Origin: Paramecium tetraurelia
Lineage: Eukaryota
Reading direction: 5' to 3'
Length of the DNA: 64,000 nt
Assembly (NCBI GenBank): GCA_000165425.1
Contig: CT868056.1
Location: 124,001 to 188,000, forward strand
The position numbers and the translations under genes were made by a program. Within the stretch, counting starts at the first letter, position 1. Every line of letters starts with the position of its first letter. Shown here one piece after another: positions 28,668 through 40,875 of the stretch. Below the pieces are notes generated by a model. It was not told the origin of the DNA. It made no database searches and saw only the letters and a program-made list of their open reading frames with translations.

Positions 28668-29978
28668 TCATTATACAATCTCAATCGGAGGTTGGCTAGA
28701 AGAAGTCTAATTTAAATCATCTTTGAAAAGCTTCCTTTTAACATCACTTTTGTGTTGAGGGATCAAGATTTTATTTGGTCTACTACCCCTTTGAGTATAG
28801 AAGGCAAATTAGGTTTTATAAGCATCAACCATTGAAACACCATAGCTACCCACAGTTGATGCTTATGAGCCAGTTATATTACCTTTAACTGGACTTGCAG
28901 TTCTGTAAATCCCGCTGAATTGATTAACTGCAGAGTAGATTTGATTCGTTTTAATTGGTGAAAGTACTCTTACTCTTTATGGTGAAACCTTGTATGGAGA
29001 CAATCTTTATGGCGAATAGCTTATTATTTTTTAAGGTGATGGTGATCTAGAATAGACATTCTGAGTCTATAGTTTATTTATTCTTTAAGTCATAACATGT
29101 TTTGGGTCCTAGAATCTAATTAGTTTAGTCTATTATGGCACTTCTTTTTCGGTGCTAGTTGATCTATATTATCTCTTTATCAGTATCTAAGATAATTCTA
29201 TGAAATCTGGTCTTTTCTCTGGGGTATTATTAAGCATTCTAGCCAATAATTATAGTAGCTATTAAGAATATTCACCTACTAATGAAATTACTGTTTCTTT
29301 TAGACTCAGATGGAATTCTACATACAATTTTATATTACTTTTCTTTGTCATTAGCTCAACCATTACTTATGCTAGATCATATACATCCTATTTAATTTAT
29401 TAAGAACTTGATTAAATTGTAATTTAATCTAAAGTCTTCAATGTCTAATCTTAAGTGATCATGATATTATCTGAAGTAATTTTACCATGAGAATATCCAT
29501 TTTACTATAAATACTACAGAACACTAATTAGTTGTTCTAGTGACTAAGCAATTAGTATATTAAAATACTTTCCAAACTTCTATTTCTCTGAATGGTTCTG
29601 ATCTTGCACACAAGTACTAAGAAAGTGTCTAAGAAATGTATTCAAAGTAGAATTGCTAGGTTTCAACATTTCCACAAAAAGAAGGAGAATTTTAAGTGCA
29701 AGCATAATATTGTAATAAATTCGGATGTTTTAATTAAGTTCTCTACTAATGAATTGTCAATAACATGGAATCTTAATAGTAAACATGTCTTGTCTTAAGT
29801 TATTAATATTCATTACAAGAGAAAAGATCTCAATAGTTGTTTTATTCTTCATTTTCCACAACTGGATATTGCCAAATGCTGGATGAGATATGGTTCCACA
29901 GCATTAAATTTAAGCATTTAAATCAGAGGTAAAAGTCATTTCAGTATTGCAATTCACATAAGCTTAAACAGCACCCAT
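28668..29978 (-). CDS. Kinase-like protein, probably a pseudokinase, with S/P-rich tail
   Basis: MGAVQA start; HPAFGNIQLWK; catalytic loop reads SHGKITSDNIMI; RPDF near C-lobe end; 1311 nt open. Confidence 0.7.
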
Positions 29979-30311
29979 TCTTTGATTTATTTAATATATT
30001 TATTTAGATATGAAAATAATTCTTAGCATTTTTATTTAATAAAATTATCATAAAATTATAATGAATAATATCTAATCAACTGTTGATTAATATAAAATGA
30101 TGAAATTATCAAGTTTTACCTACCAGTAACTCAAAGCTTATTATTTTTGAAATTATTCTCATAAATTAACGATATTCTATTGTCGATTTTGTAGTAGTAA
30201 ATTGCTCTATAAATTATTCAAAATAGTTGATTTAATTAGCAAAGGAAAAAGAAAAAAATAAACATTAAAAAGGGATTTTAAATATAAAGATTTTTCTTAA
30301 TTAAATTTTAG

Positions 30312-30940
30312 ATGTCTTAATAATAAGGAAAGGGTGGAAAAGCTTAACAACCAAAAACCGAAGCTAAGCCTGCAGCTCCAGCCAAGGTTGTCAAACCATA
30401 AGAAACTAAGGAGAATGTGATGAGAAAGATTAGAATTGAAAAATTAATGGTTCATATTTGTGCAGGAGAGTCTGGAGATAAATTGACAAAGGCAGCCAAA
30501 GTTTTGGAGGATTTGACAGGATAAAAACCAGTATTCGGTAAGGCAAGATACACAGTGAGATCATTTGGTATCAGAAGAAATGAAAAGATTTCAGTGTTCT
30601 GCACAATTAGAGGAGATGCTGCTAAAGATATCTTATTCAGAGGATTGAGAGTTAAGGAAATGGAATTGAAAAAGAGAAACTTCTCTGAATCAGGAAACTT
30701 TGGATTTGGCATATAAGAACATATTGATTTGGGATTAAAGTACGATCCATACACAGGTATAAATTATTACAATGCTGTTTAGGTATTTTCGGTATGGATT
30801 TCTATGTCATCTTGTCAAGACCAGGATTGAGAGTTGCTCAAAGAAAATCAAGAAATGCAAGATTGGGAACAGCTTAAAGAGTTTCCAAAAAAGAAGCTAT
30901 GGAATGGTTCAAACAAACCTTTGAAGGCAACGTCTATTGA
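30312..30940 (+). CDS. RPL11: 60S ribosomal protein L11 (uL5)
   Basis: [73 protein letters not shown]; intron 30757-30782. Confidence 0.97.
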
Positions 30941-30979
30941 TACATTAATACAATACATTAAAATATAAATCATTAACAT

Positions 30980-32805
30980 TCATTTTTGAATAATAGGTAA
31001 TTCAGTGTCCCCTTGTTTTTGTTTCTCCTTTTGCTTTCTTGACTTTTTTGACTTTTTCTCAATAAAATAAGCCTTCTTGTCTTTCAAAGCATCTCTGCCT
31101 CTATAAATAAGACGATCAGAGAATGTCTCAGTAAACATAAATTCCTTTAACCCCAGAAAATTCATAAATCTATCATACAAATCAAAGTAATTAATGAAAC
31201 ACAAAAAGAGAAGTATGGCAGGCATTAATTAAATGACATTAACTCCGAAAATTGGCACAAATTCCATCTTAAATTATACAATATAGCAATTACCTCTCCC
31301 ATGGCAAATTTGAAGGCAGGTTCACAGTTCATTCTTTATTTGATTCTCAACATATTCAGAAAATTTTAACATAATGGAGCTGCCACTCTACTAAAGTTTA
31401 TTGTTGCAAACAGCAAACTTGGAGCATCCGTTTGATGATCATCATATAATCCATAACATCCTGCTATCTTGATTCTAAACATTCCATAATAAACACAAAA
31501 TGCAATATAAAATAAAGGAACAAAACAAAATATCTGTAAGGTAATCACCCCAGATTACAAGGATATGGGCATACCAAAAATTGAAAAAGGAGTGTTCAAA
31601 AACAATGTGGTTTCTGAGACTATTACTAACAACGACAAGATGCTCAAAGCCAAAGAGAAAAATATTTTGAATTGGGGCTTATAATGGCATAACCAATACC
31701 ATTCCAAGGTATCTAGAGTTTGAGAACAAGATCCTTCTCTTCTATTAGTTTTCACTTCGTAATGAATTTTTTTATCTGGACTTTCAATTGAATTGATCAC
31801 GTTTTCCAAAGCATAAGCCTTCTTACAATTCTCCTTCCATGCTGCTTTCAATCTTCTAAATGTTCTGGACTTTGTTCTAATATCTCTGTAGATTTCAACT
31901 ACTTCCTCATCTGTTGCTTCTGGTTGTTCTTTAAAGAACATTCTTTATAGATAAGAAATTCCAGGTGCCTTAGATTTGGCATCCTCCTCCTTCAACTCAT
32001 TGAACATGGTTTTAGGAATTGCATCAATACTCATCTATAAATATATCTTTGATGATTATAATTGAAATTTCTCCTGATTTCTAATGCCTACTACACGCTT
32101 AGCTTTTTCTTGCAAATAATGCTGGGCATCATCCTTTTCCTCTGTAATTTTAGCTGTTTTAAAATACAAATATTTCAATTGAACATCGAGAGTAGAAGTT
32201 CTCATATGTGCTCTTGGAACCGCAATGAGAGAATATCTAAAATGTTAATAGATTTTCATTACCCCAACAAAACTATAATTAGAGCAACACCAAAGGAGTT
32301 AGCCATACTTTTAAGTAGCTTGGCTAACCCATAATCTGATGCTTAGCCTGTCATAACAAGTATTACAACAAAAGCAATACCGGCTATTCCAATGATGAGA
32401 TAAAATTTGCCGTTATTGATCAATGACCTTACAATCTTCTAAGCTTTATTAAGATCTATTGCTTCTTCGTATTCCTACATGATTGGAATGATTGTCCAGC
32501 AAAGTATGAAATTTGCCCAATACAACAATTGATATAGCTAATTGAGATTATAAATATACATTTGCTATTGCTTCATATTCTCTTGAGTGCATTTCCTAAC
32601 CATCTTGATTACTAAATTGCTCTTGATCTCTAAATGTTATGTAAATATCCAATGGTAGCAAAATCAGCAAAATGAAATTTGTCAACCATGAGATTAAACA
32701 TGTTACTTTTACAGTATAACCTACATCTTTGCAGCAAATATTGTTAATTAATTTGGCACAATAGACGGTAACTAGAATGATTTCAAGTAATGTTAAAATG
32801 TACAT
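30980..32805 (-). CDS. LMBR1-like (LMBRD2-type) membrane protein
   Basis: ILLPLDIY, YWANFILCWTIIPIMQEYEE, LANSFG, HQTDAPSLLF..SRVAAPLCQNFLNM motifs. Confidence 0.85.
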
Positions 32806-33070
32806 ATTAATATTAATTATTCTAAACTTCACAAAAATCATCTCTTTTTTCTATCATGAATATGCATTTGTGTATTTCTGATAATTTAAATCAAATTTTA
32901 TTAAATCTAAATTTAGATCATTATTATTATATAAATCTTATACTATACTAACTAAATCATTTGATCAATCTTTCCGAATGGAAGTTTTCAGAAATCAACT
33001 TATTTTTACTCTTCATAATATAAAAACCAGAAATATTAATTAAATATAAATATTAATAATAATTATTATA

Positions 33071-33628
33071 ATGTTCGAATAGCAATTTACAAGACACAGT
33101 AGAATCTCAGAGAACCTCAAAAAGATCCATGTGTAACAAAAGTATACATTTGACACACTGTATGATGATATTGGTGTTGGATTCATAAATTAATCATTCA
33201 TTTTTAAGTTATTTTAAAAGAGATTGAAAATTAAGAGCGCGCTGTTTTTGACAATAGTGTTTTTATTGTTTTTGGCTGCCTACTCCATGGTCACCTCATA
33301 CCTCAGCCATATTATGTTAATTGGATATGCAATTTTATAAACAAATTATGAAATTCAAAGGTAAAAGGATTCCAAAAAGCAGCTACTAATATTTTGGCTC
33401 ATATTTTCAACTGATATTTTAATTGAGAATTATTTTGCAAAAGACAAGTTCACATTAATTAGATACACCAAATTTATAATTGTACATGCTTGTTTCATGT
33501 ATAGATTGTATATCCTATCCTTCATTTTATAATTTGTAAATAATGATATTAAATATTAGTATAACTTATTGACAATAGGAAAGAGCTTCACAGGTCCCTA
33601 AACTTCTAAAAAGTCCTATTTTTAATGA
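33071..33628 (+). CDS. Divergent TB2/DP1/HVA22 (REEP/Yop1-like) membrane protein
   Basis: 558-nt open frame; YAILQTNYEIQ..KKQLLIFWLIFS..YTKFII resembles the HVA22 core. Confidence 0.55.
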
Positions 33629-33927
33629 TTTTTAGTCTAATTAGTTTGTGTTCATAAATTATAAAAGTCAACCATTAAAAAAAATATATATTATTTTATT
33701 ATATTATATTATTTTTGAAAAATAAAAATAAAATTTATTATTATTATTCTAAATAGAATATAAAGTTTTGCGAGATATTTAGTGCTATTTCTTGTTTTTT
33801 TGTAAATCAAATGTTATTTTTTGTTAATATGATGAATTTCTTACAAAGAGCATAACTCAAAGACACAAAAATCCTATTTTTTAAGACCAAGAAATGAAAT
33901 AATTTTCAAAATAATTAAATAATACAG

Positions 33928-34633
33928 ATGTATAATAATGATGATGATTTCAGCAACTTCGAAGATGAAATATATGATTCTAATTAATTAAATCCATTAC
34001 ATTCCCTGTTTTATTAGTCGGCATGTGTATAGTCTGATGAAAAGAGAGTACAAAATCTAAATACAAGAGAAAAAAATACTATTTAATAAATATCAAGTGA
34101 ACTCTCTAATCCTCCTATTTAAACACAAATAAACCAGTATATACCTTAAGGTAATGCCTAAAAATATTCTTTATTTCATAATTTAGGTGAGGAACAAGAT
34201 AATTTCTAAGAAGAAAAGAATGAGACATAAAAATAAAAGCTTAAAGTATACTTTATTTCATTCTATTTTTTAGGTAATTGCTGATACAATGATTCCAGGA
34301 GAAAGTAAGAATTTATCTAAATGCTATGCAAGATACCTATAACAATTTATAATCGAGGTTTGTGAAAATACAGTAGACCCTAAATTGAAAGAATTGAGAC
34401 ATGAAAAAGATATTTAAAAGTTTTTATCAAATAAGGCAGAAAACTTAACAAATTTTGATTTATCCTAATTCATAGAGAGTGAAAATGGAAGAATCTTTGC
34501 TAAGGAGTATTTTGGCAATTGCCTTTGGAAACAAGGTGTTGTCAAAGAATCAAAGACTAGTGTCCCCGTGCTTTACAGACACAATATTGAATAATTTTCT
34601 AAAGCTATCAAAGCCAAAAAGATAAAAGAATGA
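33928..34633 (+). CDS. Hypothetical protein (acidic N-terminus, ESKNLSK helical domain)
   Basis: ATG 33928, introns at ~34151-34187 and ~34245-34273 (approximate), TGA 34631-34633. Confidence 0.7.
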
Positions 34634-35282
34634 ATATTATTAAAAAATAAAAATAATGACAATTCCATAACCTATTATTCTAGTTTATTTTGAAGTATGA
34701 TAACCACAAATCTTCATTTTAAATCTCCTCTAATATATTCGAAATTTGCGTTAAACCATTCTAATTTTGCTATTAGTTTAATAAGTTCCTTATTTCTGTT
34801 TAAATATTTTGGATAAGTAAATTTTAATTATTTAATTAATATTTATAATTTAAAATATTTTTTATTTTTATTTCGTTTTAAAGTGGGAAGATAAGCATTA
34901 CTATATTAGTTCATTTTGTGAGTCTCTTTATGTCTGATAATCATACTCATGATACTAACTTATCAGTTATTTGCACTTATGATACTGAGACACACAATTT
35001 AATACATTGAATAGATACTATAATATTGAATAATACTTTTTATTATTGAAATAATAATTTTAAATATTTAATTTATTAGTTTCACGCACTGAAACAACAT
35101 TATTCTGTAATCACTTAGTTAAGGTGTAATGGCAAACAAGAAAATATTTGTTTATGGTTGTGTAATGAGAATTATATTATTATTTTTGTAAAGTAACTAA
35201 AAGTTATGTTATATAAGTTATTACATAATAGGGGTCATTCAGTTTAATATTTAACATATAATAAAATAAATAAATAAGTTTA

Positions 35283-36738
35283 ATGAATATCATTATATAT
35301 GCATGCATAATTGGCTATGCGATTAGCGAGGTATGGTTTCAAGTAAGTTGCTTTTAGACTGATTTAGATTAAGCTTATAATTATTTGGTTGAAAATTAAG
35401 ATCAATTAATTCTCGGTTAATGGACGGCAAGCTCGGATTACTTAGTTTACATAAATATAATTTATGATAATCAAAATCTGATAATGTAAGTCTATCCCAA
35501 AAGGCACAATCTCTTGCATGAAAAGCATTATTTCAGACTCAGTTATTCCCTTTTGAACAGTTCATATTATTATGATACAGTTGAAAGGTATCCAAATATA
35601 AAATAAATAGATATATGACTTGGCAGAACATAGATGTTGTGGTTGAATTATAAAACAGTTAGAAGCACCCCTAAACTATATGCAAGGCTATGCTGTAGGT
35701 GGAGGTTTCAACATAAACGATCATTCTCCATAGTTAATTTGATGAGCAATGCAACGTAACTGAAGAGAGAATCCGCCTTTTCATATTCAGTAATTCGGTT
35801 TACGAAATCCAAGTGTTATCATATACTATCCTAATTATATTCATATCCCTAGTACAAATAACTAGTGCTCATTTATATTTAAAGTCAGATCCAGCAGAAA
35901 ACTTGGGAGCATCAATGACTATATCAATAATCTTGACGCAAGATATTTTCATTTGTATTTTCAGCTCATTGCTATTTGATATGCCAAGATTGTACTATTT
36001 CTTACCTTGTTTACTTTGTTAATTGACAGCAATATACTACGATCTCAAATTGAAAGCCAAACTCACTGTAATTATATTATTATTATAATTTAGAACATGG
36101 AGAGAAACAAGAAAACCCTAATACTTTTGCAACTTATTGAAGTATCATCTGTCACTTTTTTATTTTTAAGAATTAGACATTCATTTGAGTTAACACTCTT
36201 AAATACATTTTTAATTCCCCAAATTCTAATCACATTTTATTCAGGAGAAAGACAGAGGTTCAATAAATACTATGTGGGATCAATATTCCCAAGAGCTCTG
36301 CTGTCCATATACGCAAGGGGATGCTCTCAAAATATATTACAACTTATGCAAAAAGTTCATGTGGTCTATGTCATAGTGCTTATCCTATTGATCTAGCTCC
36401 TGGTTTATTATTGCTAAAACTAATTTGGATGGTTTATTCTAAGAAGGAATATACACAACTACTTCATCAAGTAAACAGATGAGCATCAATAATCAGATTG
36501 TGCCATCTGTTTAATTAAACTATCATAAACTCCTGAAAATACGTTGAGTAAAGGGGAACCATATGTGTTACAAACCATTAATTAAGCATCTCGAGATCAT
36601 TTGTTGATGAACACTCCTTGTGTAAATTATAGATAATTACATTAGAATCATTAATTTCACCCTTCTTGTTTGAGTTAGTGGATGTTAATCAATCTTTCTT
36701 GCCCATTATGTAAGAGTTCTCTGCCTTAAGTGTTTTGA
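35283..36738 (+). CDS. Multi-pass transmembrane RING-H2 E3 ubiquitin ligase (Tul1-like)
   Basis: Signal peptide, several TM helices, FLIPQI motif, C-terminal CAICL..TPC/HQFHPSCLSQWM..SCPLCRSSLP. Confidence 0.85.
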
Positions 36739-36881
36739 TGATCCTGAATATAGTTGTGTATATTATTTGTAATGATTATATTAAATGAGAATTTGCATAT
36801 GAATTTATAGAGATAGTAAATTATTAAATTAATTGAAGGTATATATAGGGATCAAAATCAAATTGAATACGATGTAATATT

Positions 36882-37365
36882 TCATTCAACTTGATCTTCA
36901 GATGAATCTGATATCATATCGAAGAATGACTCTTGTTTAGTGTTTTTGTTCTTTTATTTTTAAATCATCTGTTGTTTGGCCTTCATTTGTTGAATCTATT
37001 TTCTGGCAGTTTGATTGAGATGAACAAAATCATTATCTGACATCTTCTTCACTTTATATAATCTATCGACCATCCCTTTGAATTCATCTCTGTTTAACAC
37101 TCTTTGTTTCTTTATTGTTGGGTATAGCATCACTTGTCCATCCAATCCCTTCTTTTCACATAAGCCAAGCATTTGCAGTTTCTTTTTTAGAAAATCTTCT
37201 TCAGTTTATGATTGCCACTAAATACTGAACATTCATTACATCATCCATCTTATCATAGCATTTCTTTATTAATTCTTCGTCCTTCTCAATCATATCAATG
37301 ACATCAGCCTTATAATTCTCATTTTAGAAATGATTCCGAATTTCTCTTTATAATAATTTATCCAT
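36882..37365 (-). CDS. Hypothetical protein
   Basis: ATG 37365, a 22-nt intron restores the frame, TGA 36882-36884. Confidence 0.65.
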
Positions 37366-37389
37366 AATAATAAAATATTATATTAATAT

Positions 37390-38527
37390 TCAAAACCTAT
37401 GATAAGGTGGTATAAAATGAGTTTAAGGGAAATATTGCGGATGAATAGGCAATGGTGGATGTCCTGGATGCAACGGAAGAGATTGATGAAAATGTTAAGG
37501 ACTTCTATGAGCCTTCACTGGAGTAGGTGGCTTTGGATATTAGTGTTAACTGGTTTCAAATTGTGTTTTCTTCTCTGGAATTGTGACTCTCAAGGGTTCC
37601 TTTATTCTACTTCCTTAAAGTGACTTTATTTTAGTGCTTTCAGTCACATTTGTAGTTGGTAACTGATGTATTCCGATGAAATCAGGAATGGAAGTATGCT
37701 AGACTCGTATAATGGATTGTAAAAATAAACTTAATTCCGATCTATATTATTGTTATCTGATTATACGCTCTATGTTAATCGATGTGCACTTCACTACTCA
37801 CAGTTGGGAATGCATTGATATATTCTCCTATCTTCTTATAATAAACTTGATTGTCCTCTTGGAATGTTGTTGTGAAATAAGGAATCAAGGCTGTGAGACA
37901 ATCGCTCGATTAAAAGGTGACCAACATCTGCTTCATTGAACTCCATCTCTCTTCGATCATTTATAATAAATTTCTAGCGTCTCTTTCCTAATTGTTCACA
38001 TTCTTTTTCTATTTATGCTCAACCTCGTTCTCAAGACCACTGAAGAATTGTTCTACCACATCGGTTATACGTTTCTTTATTTCTCGAATTCTCTTTATTG
38101 TTTTCTCAGCATGAACCTCAAATGTATTCACATGCTTCTTGATATCGTAATACGAGTTGGTGAATTTCTTCACTAAAATAATGATTATCATTTCATTCTT
38201 ACATTCATTATTGACATGATCACTAGCTTAATTCAATAACACCTCTAAAGATTCAAAAACTGGATAGGTGCCTTCGTTCACATGCTCTTTAGAATGTAAA
38301 TGAATGCACAATGGACACAAAGGTATAACACATTAAGGAGCCCTGCACATATTGGATATGTAATATCCTTTGTGATAGTAGCACTCCACCTGTTAAATTT
38401 ATAATCTCAATCATTACTTATGGGAGATTATTTGAATCAAAGAAAACACTTCTACCAATATTGTCATTTAATTTCTCTGGTTATTGATAAGTACCTTAAT
38501 CCTATTCATTGTACTCATCCTCGACAT
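37390..38527 (-). CDS. B-box-type zinc finger / coiled-coil protein
   Basis: CYYHKGYYISNMCRAPQCVIPLCPLCIHLHSKEH followed by coiled coil; short introns near the 5' end. Confidence 0.75.
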
Positions 38528-39684
38528 TCTCCACAATATTCATTAAATTCGTTATTAAAATTAACGTATAAATACAAATTTTAAATCACATAAAATGCTT
38601 TTGCCATATACTTAAAATACATCATATTCCACTTCTATTCAATTTATATACCAACTATATTTAATCAATCAAGCAGTCTTTTTACTTATGAGTCAATTAT
38701 TCTTAAGAGGTCTGTCCTGTTATTAGATTATAACCCAAATCATATTTAAACATACGTATTAGTAAACTGAAAAGTAGATTTGATCTAGATCTAATATGTC
38801 AGAATTTACAATTTATATCAATTTCATAATTAAAAATTAACATATATTTACATCATACAAATACAAAAATTGTTGATTTCAAATGTATCTCAATATCTGT
38901 TCTATAAAATTATACATCATTCTTATAGAATTAGAATTAATGAGAAAGGAGTGATTAGAAAATTTGGAATAATAATTGGCTATCAGTTTATAAGATTATT
39001 TATATTCTGATTATTTGGTTTGGGTCATGAATTCATATCTTAAATCAATGATATATTTACTTTTTAATTGAATAAATAAAGCTTATGCTTTAAACTTTTG
39101 ACATCATAAAATTAATTTATTTATTAAAGTATTTGAAATTTAGTTCACTCGAAGGTAAATGTGTTATGGATATGATTGTAAAAGAATTTATAGTTAATAC
39201 AATACATTAATAATCAGAAATAAAATGGAGGACTAATTAGAACATAACAATAATATTAATTGTTGTTCATTTACAGTTTACGTATAAAGACTATAATATA
39301 AAATATTGAATATATATAAAGCTAAGATGTACTATAAAGAATTTAATAACTTTAATGGATTCAATCAAAAATATCAATCATTTAAATTAGAAATGATTGG
39401 CCTGTTAATTTGAACCTTAAAATTTCAGGAATGGTTCTATTCACTTTAGAATATCATTTGAAGGAATGTATAAGCATGAATTTTTCTATATTGTACTGAT
39501 GGTATAAATCACATGTATTAGATATAATAAAACTGTTCTATTGAGAAAATGTTCAAATAGAATAAAGAACTTTTTGAATGATATCACTTTAGATAACTTG
39601 TTAGCATTCGTACTTTCTCTATAATTTTGGAGATAATAAATATTTAAATTAATTTTTTAAACCTTTATACTAGCTCTAATTGAG

Positions 39685-39721
39685 CAAGATATTAATTTTT
39701 TGTATAAAAATTAATATCTTG
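39685..39721. repeat. Perfect 16-bp inverted repeat with 5-nt loop
   Basis: caagatattaattttt-tgtat-aaaaattaatatcttg, ending 40 nt upstream of ATG 39761. Confidence 0.9.
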
Positions 39722-39760
39722 ATTTCATTATTTAATTATTAAAATAAATTTTGTTAGATA

Positions 39761-40603
39761 ATGTCACACTAAGTTGATTAAAATGATGAGTCTGGGAGCA
39801 ATTTTAGTAACGTTTATCCAAATGATCGCTTTAATTATGAGAATGAATGTTTTAATTATCTACTTTCTTCATTAAATAATCTAAATGAAGAAGGTCTTTT
39901 GAAATAAGAGAATGAAATTAAAAAAAATACCCAATTTTCTGGCAATAAACTCTTTATCAATAACAGAATAGAGGGTCTTTTGGATGAATACAAGATTACT
40001 GAGGAATCGATGGAATGCAATGACGGTGATAATGAAAGAAATGAGGAAATAGAATGCTCAAATAATTTACGTAATCATTCTGGAGGTGATAAGTAAAAGG
40101 CGTAACAACAGCCTTTGTAAACGACAGAAAGGATTGCAACAAATAGATAAAGATACACAAAAAAAGATATTCAAAGCTATTAATTAGGAACTGCAAGTCC
40201 TATCAAGAAACAAAACAAATAGCAAAATCAAGAAACTAGAAACCTACCTAAATATTTTGGTAGACACATTATAAAGAGAGTTAGAAGGAAATTAGAGGAT
40301 GAGTAAAATAGTTAAATTAAATCTGAAATTAGCAACAAATTAGATAGATTAGAAATGAAGCAGAGGTAAGAAGGTAAATAAAAAATAAAAAAAATTGAAT
40401 TCAATCTTAAGTTATTAAGAGACATTTTAGATGAGTCCTATTTTAGAGAACAGGCAATCGAATATTTAACCAGCTTCGACTTTTTGGATGACTTGCTGCA
40501 ATCAGATAAATAGCAAGACATCAGGCCACAAATCAAATACGTTAATAGAATGTATGAAGGATGTTATGACAGAAAAAAGTTATTAAGATGGAAAGATTCT
40601 TGA
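39761..40603 (+). CDS. Hypothetical protein (acidic N-terminus, ETRNLPKYFG helical domain)
   Basis: Code-6 ORF from ATG 39761 to TGA 40601-40603. Confidence 0.75.
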
Positions 40604-40875
40604 TAATTCCATAAAAATTTAAGAAACAATATATTATATATAATTCTGATTATTTTGTATTGATTCTGAGAATTCTATCATTATAGATCTAAATTATAAT
40701 TAACTTAGATTTGGGTCATTAGAATCATCTTACCAAAAATTATGATTCATCTGGAAGATATATAGAATTGATTCTTATATATATTAAGGATGCAACTTTT
40801 AGTCTGAATGAATAAGATTATATTTCATTTATTGAGAATAACTACTAACAATTATTAATTAGAAATATTAACAAT

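Noticed and set aside
30452..30754. 100-aa minus-strand ORF
   Set aside because: Antisense to RPL11
39225..39581. Coding-like stretch in a long intergenic region
   Set aside because: Early TGA and no recognisable motif; cannot support a gene or pseudogene call
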